From the NCBI GenBank assembly GCA_045605125.1, contig JAZUPK010000036.1, forward strand, positions 4,945 to 68,944: a stretch of 64,000 nucleotides of DNA. Reading direction: 5' to 3'. Positions 57,891 to 64,000 of the stretch are shown piece after piece (within the stretch, counting starts at the first letter, position 1; the number at the start of each line of letters is the position of its first letter). The notes below the pieces were generated by a model, which saw only the letters and a program-made list of their open reading frames with translations, was not told the origin of the DNA and did not search any database. The translations under genes and the position numbers were made by a program. The DNA is from Acutalibacteraceae bacterium. GTDB taxonomy: Bacteria > Bacillota > Clostridia > Oscillospirales > Acutalibacteraceae.

Positions 57891-58306
57891 TGACTATTGA
57901 TGAAATAAAAAACGGTATAGTAATAGACCACATTACCGCAGGTCTTGGAATGAAAATTTATTCCCTTTTAAAGCTTGATAAACTTGAATGCTCGGTAGCG
58001 CTTATTAACAACACTCCCAGCAGCAAAATGGGTAAAAAAGATATTATAAAAATTGATGCAGACATTGTACTTAATACCGATATTTTAGGTTATATCGACC
58101 CCGATGTAACCGTAAACATAATAAAAAACGGTAAAACGGTTGAAAAGAAACGTATCGCTTTACCCGAAAAGCTTACTAATGTAATTAGGTGCAAAAATCC
58201 GCGTTGTATCACTACAACCGAACAGGAATTACCCCAAATTTTCAAGCTAACAGACAAAGAAAACCGCGTTTATCGCTGTCTTTACTGCGAATCAAAAGCT
58301 AAATAA
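57890..58306 (+). CDS. pyrI: aspartate carbamoyltransferase regulatory subunit
   Basis: 138 aa. C-terminal zinc cysteines CKNPRC...CLYC. Follows pyrB with an ATGA-type overlap. Confidence 0.85.
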   Translation: MTIDEIKNGIVIDHITAGLGMKIYSLLKLDKLECSVALINNTPSSKMGKKDIIKIDADIVLNTDILGYIDPDVTVNIIKNGKTVEKKRIALPEKLTNVIRCKNPRCITTTEQELPQIFKLTDKENRVYRCLYCESKAK

Positions 58307-58310
58307 ATTG

Positions 58311-58346
58311 AAAAAACGGAAGTGAAATTTTCACTTCCGTTTTTTA
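58311..58346. terminator. intrinsic terminator closing the pyr operon
   Basis: ACGGAAGTGA-AATTT-TCACTTCCGT stem-loop, preceded by A6 and followed by T5. Confidence 0.85.
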
Positions 58347-58512
58347 ATGCTTGTTTTAGTTTTCATAAAATACGCTGTGGTTAAATACTTTCTTTTCGCC
58401 TGCTTCTAGCTTTAATATATCTTCCATTTGTTAACCGTAATTATTCATCCATATTTCAATCTCTATTTAACCTTTTTACACCTTTTACATAAAATAGTAA
58501 GAGGTGATTTTT

Positions 58513-59031
58513 TTGGATAAAGATTTATTAGAAAATTATAAAGCCCAAATGCTTAAAATGTATAATTCCGTAAAGGAGAGTAACCCTACATCAGCGCCCT
58601 CTCCCACAATACCTGAGCCTGAACCTATGCCACCGCAAAGCACAACTACAGGCAGTCTTATAGGAATAGTAACCGCCATTCGAAGCCTTTACCCAATAAA
58701 CAATGCCAAGGTGACAGTTTTTAAAGGTGACTATAACGGCGATATGCAGATAATTGATAGCGACCTTACAGATAATAGCGGGCGAACTAAAACCTTTAAT
58801 TTACCCACACCTGAGCTTGCTTTATCATTAGATGAAACCAACACTCAAATTCCCTATTCGCTTTACAATTTATTAATCGAAGCCGATGGATATATTAAAA
58901 ACATACATCTTAACATCCCTGTTTTCAGTAACGTAACATCGCTTCAACAATCAAATTTAATTTTAGAAGAAACCGCAGGCCAAGATAAAGGTCCCAAAGT
59001 GTTTGATGAAGCACAAAAATACAACTTGTAA
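58513..59031 (+). CDS. SleC-prodomain-like protein (carboxypeptidase-regulatory-like beta domain) encoded as a separate ORF
   Basis: TTG at 58513 lies 9 nt after AAGAGG; the ORF-track GTG at 58504 sits inside that RBS. The region GSLIGIVTAIRSLYPINNAKVTVF...DNSGRTKTFNLPTPE...YNLLIEADGY resembles, from memory, the N-terminal pre-pro region of clostridial SleC. Same reading frame as the next ORF. Confidence 0.5.
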   Translation: MDKDLLENYKAQMLKMYNSVKESNPTSAPSPTIPEPEPMPPQSTTTGSLIGIVTAIRSLYPINNAKVTVFKGDYNGDMQIIDSDLTDNSGRTKTFNLPTPELALSLDETNTQIPYSLYNLLIEADGYIKNIHLNIPVFSNVTSLQQSNLILEETAGQDKGPKVFDEAQKYNL

Positions 59032-59040
59032 GGTGATAAA

Positions 59041-60399
59041 ATGCCCGAAATTTTATATCCTGTAATCCCCGAAACTATAACTGTGCATTTAGGCGCTCCG
59101 GGTAGTAGCGCCAAAAACGTTACCGTTCCTTTTACGGATTACATTAAAAATGTAGCCTCAAGTGAAATATACCCCACCTGGCCCGAAAATGCACTGCGCG
59201 CCAATATCTATGCGATTATCTCTTATGCTCTAAACCGCGTTTATACCGAATACTACCGTTCCCGTGGGTATGATTTCGATATTACAAACACCACTCAGTA
59301 CGATCAGGCTTTCGTAGAAAACCGCGAAATTTTTGAAAATATAGGTTACATAGTAGACGAAATTTTTAATGATTATATAGTCCGCCAAGGTAGTATTGAA
59401 CCGCTTTTTGCTGCCTTTTGTAACGGCACCACTTCTACTTGCAACGGACTTTCCCAATGGGGTACGGTACAACTTGCCGAAAGTGGCAGAACCCCGTTTT
59501 CTATTTTGCAAAACTACTATGGTGATGATATAGGCATAGTAAACGATGCACCCGTAGCTTTTACCGAAGAATCCTACCCTGGTGTACCTTTGAAGCTTGG
59601 AGATTCAGGTAATAATGTGCAAATTATTCAAACCCAACTTAACCGTATAGCGCGAAATTATCCCGCCATACCAAAAATAGCGGAAGTAAACGGTATTTTC
59701 GGGGTAGATACCGAAGCTGCCGTACGCAAATTTCAAGAAATATTTAACCTTACCGTAAACGGCCAGGTAGACAAGGCAACATGGTATAAAATAAAGCAGT
59801 ACTACAACGGGGTTAAAAGTCTTTCTGACCTTGTAAGCGAAGGTATCTCTACCGCAGAAGCTACTGTACCTTTTCAAACCGAATTAAATGAAGGCGGCAG
59901 CGGTATACCTGTTACGACAATACAATATTATTTAAGCATTATCGCCTATTTTAACGGTGCTTTAGAGCCTGTACCACGTACTGCTTATTACGGTGGTGAA
60001 ACTGTAGCGGCGGTAGAGCGTTTTCAAGAGTTTTACGGTCTTCCCGTAACTGGTATAGTCGATAACGAAACTTGGAATACTATAAGCCGCATTTATACCG
60101 AAACTGTAGCCTCCTTACCCGAAGGTTATCAAGGCACTAATGCAAAGCTATACCCCGGTTATTTCTTAACCGAAGGTATGCGCAATGAAAGTGTGCGCGA
60201 TTTACAAAGTTACTTAACACTGATTTCACAAACCATACCCGAAATACCGCAGGTGTCAGTCACAGGGTATTTTGGTGAACAAACCGAAAATGCCGTGCGT
60301 GAATTTCAGCGCCTTTTTTCTCTTCCCGTATCCGGCGCTGTAGGGCCTGCCACCTGGTCCGCCATAGCTAATCAGTACGATTTTTTTAATAATCAGTAA
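59041..60399 (+). CDS. sleC: SleC-like spore cortex-lytic enzyme core with three peptidoglycan-binding repeats
   Basis: The block VPFTDYIKNVASSEIYPTWPENALRANIYAIISYALNRVYTEYYRSRGYDFDITNTTQYDQAF matches my recollection of the SleC catalytic region. Three PG_binding_1-like repeats (..VQIIQTQLN.., ..TIQYYLS.., ..VRDLQSYLT..). Confidence 0.65.
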   Translation: MPEILYPVIPETITVHLGAPGSSAKNVTVPFTDYIKNVASSEIYPTWPENALRANIYAIISYALNRVYTEYYRSRGYDFDITNTTQYDQAFVENREIFENIGYIVDEIFNDYIVRQGSIEPLFAAFCNGTTSTCNGLSQWGTVQLAESGRTPFSILQNYYGDDIGIVNDAPVAFTEESYPGVPLKLGDSGNNVQIIQTQLNRIARNYPAIPKIAEVNGIFGVDTEAAVRKFQEIFNLTVNGQVDKATWYKIKQYYNGVKSLSDLVSEGISTAEATVPFQTELNEGGSGIPVTTIQYYLSIIAYFNGALEPVPRTAYYGGETVAAVERFQEFYGLPVTGIVDNETWNTISRIYTETVASLPEGYQGTNAKLYPGYFLTEGMRNESVRDLQSYLTLISQTIPEIPQVSVTGYFGEQTENAVREFQRLFSLPVSGAVGPATWSAIANQYDFFNNQ

Positions 60400-60415
60400 A
60401 ATTTATTTTATCTCC

Positions 60416-60443
60416 TTGCATTTTTAAAATTTCGCGGTATAAT
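60416..60443 (+). promoter_or_regulatory. sigma-A-type promoter candidate for the Mrp/ApbC gene
   Basis: TTGCAT (60416-21), 16-nt spacer, TATAAT (60438-43). Confidence 0.45.
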
Positions 60444-60481
60444 AATAGTTATAATTTTAATTTTATATAGGAGTTTTAAAA

Positions 60482-61321
60482 ATGTCAGAAAAAACAAGCG
60501 GTTGTTCTGGTAACTGTAGTTCTTGCTCACAAAATTGTGGTTCCAGAACTGAGCAAAGCCTTTTAGAGCCAACAGGCGAATACAATAATATTAAGCATGT
60601 TATCGGTGTTGTAAGCGGTAAGGGCGGTGTAGGCAAATCACTCGTCACATCTTCCCTTGCAGTACTTATGCAAAAAATGGGTTATAAGGTTGGTATTTTG
60701 GATGCCGATATCACAGGCCCTTCTATTCCAAAAACCTTTGGTATAAATAGCCGTGCTATGCAAAACGAAATTGGTATTTTGCCTACCGAAACAAAAACAG
60801 GCATTAAGCTTATGTCTATAAATCTTTTACTTGAAGATAAGGAATCCCCAGTTTTATGGCGCGGTCCTGTAATTGCAGGTGCTGTAAAGCAGTTCTGGCA
60901 CGATGTGGTTTGGGGCGACCTTGACTATTTGTTTGTAGACTGTCCTCCCGGCACGGGTGATGTACCCCTAACCGTTTTCCAAAGCCTACCTCTTGATGGT
61001 ATTGTTATAGTAACCTCACCGCAAGACTTGGTTTCTATGATAGTTAAAAAGGCTTATAATATGGCTGATATGATGAAGATTCCCGTACTCGGTCTTGTTG
61101 AGAATATGAGCTTTGTTGTTTGCCCCGAATGCGGTGAAGAATTTAAAATTTTCGGTAGCGGCTCAGACAGCATTGCAGAAGAGTTAAATATTGATTTGCT
61201 CGGTAAAATGCCTATTGATATAAGCGTTGCCAAAATGGTTGATAACGGTAATTTTGAAATGTACGATAACCGCTATTTAGCCGATGCTGCAAAACAAATT
61301 GATAAAAAGGTTAATAAATAG
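60482..61321 (+). CDS. Mrp/NBP35/ApbC-family iron-sulfur cluster carrier ATPase
   Basis: Cys-rich N-terminus CSGNCSSCSQNC. Deviant Walker A GKGGVGKS. CPxC motif (CPEC). Confidence 0.85.
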   Translation: MSEKTSGCSGNCSSCSQNCGSRTEQSLLEPTGEYNNIKHVIGVVSGKGGVGKSLVTSSLAVLMQKMGYKVGILDADITGPSIPKTFGINSRAMQNEIGILPTETKTGIKLMSINLLLEDKESPVLWRGPVIAGAVKQFWHDVVWGDLDYLFVDCPPGTGDVPLTVFQSLPLDGIVIVTSPQDLVSMIVKKAYNMADMMKIPVLGLVENMSFVVCPECGEEFKIFGSGSDSIAEELNIDLLGKMPIDISVAKMVDNGNFEMYDNRYLADAAKQIDKKVNK

Positions 61322-61325
61322 TTTT

Positions 61326-61353
61326 AAAGACTCAGGGTGACCTGAGTCTTTTT
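61326..61353. terminator. bidirectional intrinsic terminator
   Basis: AAAGACTCAGG-GTGA-CCTGAGTCTTT stem-loop between convergent genes. Confidence 0.8.
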
Positions 61354-62185
61354 ACTTTAGATATTTCTCTATATTCGCGTTTATTTCTTTTACCAAATTA
61401 TGTTCGTTTATTTGGTGTTCAACTGCCGCGTAAAAGCTTTCGGGCAAGCGGCTTAAATTAGGAGTTATAAAAATTTTAGGGCTATTTTGCTTTACCGATT
61501 TTAAAAACTCCAAATACTCTAAATTAAGCGTGCAAAAATCCCTAAACACATCGGTTAAGGCGTTTCTTTTTACAGGTTTTCTAATAGAAGAAAGCCTATA
61601 ATTTATATTATTAAATTTGTTACAAGCATCGGTTAAAAATTCTTTCGAATAACCGTTTAAAGCATTATAAAAAGCATTGTTGTTCAAAAGCAAGGATGGG
61701 TGCATACCGCCTATAATACTCCAAAAATACATTTGGTTATAAAAACAGCTAAAACCGTTGTTCAAAAAAGGTAAAAAGTAGTTAGTTATAAGCACATTAC
61801 CTACCATATTTTTAACCCCGAAAATCGCATTCGTATAACGGCTTTCATATATGTAATGAAAGAGGGATTGCTGCATCACAGGATAACCCGAAAATGCTTC
61901 AAATTTTATACGCTCGAGCAAATTTATAAACCCCGAATTTACACGCAAAAATTCCTGATAATAAGCGAGTGTCCGCTCCCCCTTTTTAAAGTTTTCATTA
62001 AAGTTTATAAACTTTTTAAAATACTCCCTTAATTCCTCCTTAAAATAATCTTCTAAAACCGCTGTAGTACTAGGCACCGATTTTAAAAACGAATTTATAT
62101 GCTCGGCTATATTTTCACTCCAAAAAATTGCAGCTTTTCGCATAAGTGATGAAGTCCTTTCATTACCGCAATTTATAAAATTCAT
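61352..62185 (-). CDS. hypothetical protein, possibly DUF2935-like (two FW...H helical repeats)
   Basis: Two internal repeats, each with an FW....H pattern (IFWSENIAEHINSF and YFWSIIGGMHPSL). The assignment is tentative. Confidence 0.4.
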   Translation of the reverse strand: MNFINCGNERTSSLMRKAAIFWSENIAEHINSFLKSVPSTTAVLEDYFKEELREYFKKFINFNENFKKGERTLAYYQEFLRVNSGFINLLERIKFEAFSGYPVMQQSLFHYIYESRYTNAIFGVKNMVGNVLITNYFLPFLNNGFSCFYNQMYFWSIIGGMHPSLLLNNNAFYNALNGYSKEFLTDACNKFNNINYRLSSIRKPVKRNALTDVFRDFCTLNLEYLEFLKSVKQNSPKIFITPNLSRLPESFYAAVEHQINEHNLVKEINANIEKYLK

Positions 62186-62259
62186 AAAATCACACCCTTA
62201 CAATATATTAGTATGCCGGTGTGTCCTAAAAAATAATATAATTTACTGCTTAAAAAGCA

Positions 62260-62288
62260 TTGATATTTTATTTTAAATTAAGTATAAT
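62260..62288 (+). promoter_or_regulatory. sigma-A-type promoter candidate for murD
   Basis: TTGATA (62260-65), 17-nt spacer, TATAAT (62283-88). Confidence 0.5.
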
Positions 62289-62330
62289 ATAAAGATAGAT
62301 ATATTTAGTATAAAATTGGGGGTAATTAGT

Positions 62331-63710
62331 TTGGATTGCGTACAATTTTTTGAACAAATAAAGGGTAAAAAAATCGCTATGTGCGGTATTGGTGTTAGTA
62401 ACACTCCGCTTATTATGAACTTTTTAAATAAAGGTGCCAGAGTTTTTGCTTGTGACCGCCGTAGCCGCGAAATGCTCGGTGAAATTGCCGATACTTTAGA
62501 AAATGCAGGTGCAGAACTAAGACTAGGTGATGGATACCTTGATAATTTAGAGGTTGATATGATTTTCCGCACCCCTGGTATGAATTTTCATTTAGAAGAG
62601 CTTGATAACGCTCGCAAAAAAGGTATTGCCGTTACAAGCGAAATGGAAGTATTCTTCGATTTATGTCCTGCTACAATTTTTGCTGTAACCGGTTCAGACG
62701 GTAAAACAACAACCACCACCCTTATTGCCAAAATGCTTGAAGCAGAAGGCAAAAAGGTTTTCATAGGCGGTAATATTGGTGCACCGCTACTTCCCGAAAT
62801 TGAAAATATAACTAAAGATGATTTTGTTGTAGTAGAGCTTTCTTCTTTCCAACTTATCTCTATGCGTAAAAGTCCCGATGTTGCAGTAGTTACCAATGTA
62901 GCCCCCAACCATTTGGATGTACACAAAGATATGGATGAATATGTTGAAGCTAAGAAGAATATTATTCTCCACCAAAACGCTTTTTCGCGTACCGTGCTTA
63001 ATAAGGATAACGCTATAACTGAAGGCTTCAAAGACTACGTTCGCGGTCAGTCGCTTTCCTTTAGTATGGAAACTCCCCTTAAAAACGGTGCTTGGCTTGC
63101 TGATGACGGCATTATCCATATGTCCTACCGTGGAATTGATGCTCCCATAATGCACCGTGATGAAATTGCTATTTTAGGTGACCACAATGTTGAAAATTAC
63201 CTTGCTGCGATTACTGCGGTTTGGGGTTATGTTGGAATTGATTCCATTAAAAAAGTCGCAAAGGAATTTAAGGGTGTTGCCCACCGCATTGAACTTGTAC
63301 GCGAGCTAAACGGTGTTAAATATTATAACGATTCTATTGCATCCAGTCCTACAAGAACTATTGCTTGCTTAAAGGCTATGCCGCCAAAGGTTTGGTTAAT
63401 AGCAGGCGGTTATGACAAGCACATACCCTACGAACCTATGGTACCTTATGTACTCGAAAAGGTACAAAAGCTTATTTTATGCGGTGCCACTGCCGAAAAA
63501 ATCAAAAAGGCTGTCACTAGCGATAAAAATTATAAAGGACACCCCGAAATTGTAGATGTTGCCGATATAAGCGAAGCTGTAGAGTATGCTTATAAAAACG
63601 CAACTGAGGGTGACATTGTAACCTTATCCCCCGCATCAGCCAGTTTTGACTGTTTCCCTAACTTTGTAGCAAGAGGAAACTACTTTAAAGAACAGGTGAG
63701 CAAGCTTTAA
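62331..63710 (+). CDS. murD: UDP-N-acetylmuramoylalanine--D-glutamate ligase
   Basis: Mur ligase P-loop GSDGKTTTT. The rest of the MurD domain layout is present. TTG at 62331 lies 8 nt after GGGGG; the ORF track starts at TTG 62316. Confidence 0.85.
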   Translation: MDCVQFFEQIKGKKIAMCGIGVSNTPLIMNFLNKGARVFACDRRSREMLGEIADTLENAGAELRLGDGYLDNLEVDMIFRTPGMNFHLEELDNARKKGIAVTSEMEVFFDLCPATIFAVTGSDGKTTTTTLIAKMLEAEGKKVFIGGNIGAPLLPEIENITKDDFVVVELSSFQLISMRKSPDVAVVTNVAPNHLDVHKDMDEYVEAKKNIILHQNAFSRTVLNKDNAITEGFKDYVRGQSLSFSMETPLKNGAWLADDGIIHMSYRGIDAPIMHRDEIAILGDHNVENYLAAITAVWGYVGIDSIKKVAKEFKGVAHRIELVRELNGVKYYNDSIASSPTRTIACLKAMPPKVWLIAGGYDKHIPYEPMVPYVLEKVQKLILCGATAEKIKKAVTSDKNYKGHPEIVDVADISEAVEYAYKNATEGDIVTLSPASASFDCFPNFVARGNYFKEQVSKL

Positions 63711-64000
63711 TGAATATAAAAGAATTACTATACACTTTGTCAGAATTTGACTCAATCGGCTCTATAACCGAAGCCAGTGACAAAGCTTATGAAATTTTAT
63801 CGCAATATGCCGATACAAAAAAATACGATAATTTGAATGTTATTGGCACAATAAAGGGCAAAAGCGATTATACCATTATGCTTGATGCTCACATTGACCA
63901 AGTAGGCTTTATTGTAACCGATATCGACGATAACGGCTTTTTAACGGTAGCCACTGTTGGCGGTATTGACCTTCGAGCGTTGCCATCAAAGGCGGTAACG
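63710..64000 (+). CDS. M42-family metallopeptidase (3' end beyond window)
   Basis: My own translation from ATG 63710, which overlaps the murD stop: MNIKELLYTLSEFDSIGS...LDAHIDQVGFIVTDIDDNGFLTVATVGGID. This is typical of the M42 glutamyl aminopeptidase / YsdC-like N-terminus. Confidence 0.65.
   Translation, partial: MNIKELLYTLSEFDSIGSITEASDKAYEILSQYADTKKYDNLNVIGTIKGKSDYTIMLDAHIDQVGFIVTDIDDNGFLTVATVGGIDLRALPSKAVT

Noticed and set aside
58356-58427. 23-codon ORF on the - strand (MEDILKLEAGEKKVFNHSVFYEN), ending at the pyr operon terminator.
   Set aside because: There is no Shine-Dalgarno sequence upstream, it is very short, and nothing else supports it. It cannot be excluded as a small protein.
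58440-58500. Sigma-K-like -10 (CATAAAATA), with an AC about 16 nt upstream, ahead of the SleC-like locus.
   Set aside because: It would place the transcription start almost on top of the RBS. The match rests on very few informative bases.
62273-62572. 99-aa ORF on the - strand across the murD promoter and 5' end.
   Set aside because: It is antisense to murD and its promoter, and nothing supports it.
1-64000. CRISPR arrays, transposases, IS elements, rRNA genes and further tRNAs.
   Set aside because: I saw no regularly spaced direct repeats, transposase-like ORFs or additional cloverleaf-forming sequences while reading the intergenic regions.

Overview
This 64 kb window looks like core chromosome of a low-GC, endospore-forming Firmicute (Clostridia-like). 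I could not run any database search, so calls rest on motifs read in the ORF translations, gene order and the DNA itself.

Gene content, in order:
- A translation-factor block: an EF-G2-type paralog, ABC-F, prfB and prmA.
- murC, cca, dipicolinate synthase dpaAB and mntP.
- A leucine-rich-repeat surface protein.
- The complete spoIIIAA-AH operon, then asp23 and cysK.
- The spoIIGA-sigE operon with one tRNA-Lys(UUU).
- A two-component system followed by HtrA.
- yhaM, trmK and rqcH.
- A Wzz / BY-kinase / phosphatase trio.
- A GerA-type germinant receptor.
- lepA.
- An eight-gene pyrimidine operon (pyrC-carB-pyrK-pyrD-pyrF-pyrE-pyrB-pyrI).
- A SleC-like cortex-lytic locus, an Mrp/ApbC gene and murD.

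I saw no CRISPR array, transposase, integrase, reverse transcriptase or rRNA.

The most unusual feature is a pair of about 170-200 nt ornate repeat-plus-hairpin arrays at 25230-25401 and 27511-27712.
- Each array abuts the promoter of a small four-helix-bundle gene of the 23S rRNA IVS protein / Avd-like family.
- The two genes lie in inverted orientation and bracket tRNA-Lys, a DUF1294 gene, sigE and spoIIGA.
- The arrays are colinear with each other on the + strand. Their AT-rich 7-9-mers recur as reverse complements and are separated by GC-rich hairpins with tetraloop-type or triloop caps.
- I do not recognise them as any known RNA family or repeat class.

Secondary observations:
- A SleC-like gene is split by a single in-frame stop into a prodomain ORF and a catalytic ORF.
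- An imperfect inverted repeat brackets the LRR gene.
- The pyr leader has a terminator/antiterminator but no PyrR box that I can see, and no carA is adjacent to carB.
- prfB lacks the usual programmed frameshift site.
- The GerC and GerB germinant-receptor subunits are unusually short.
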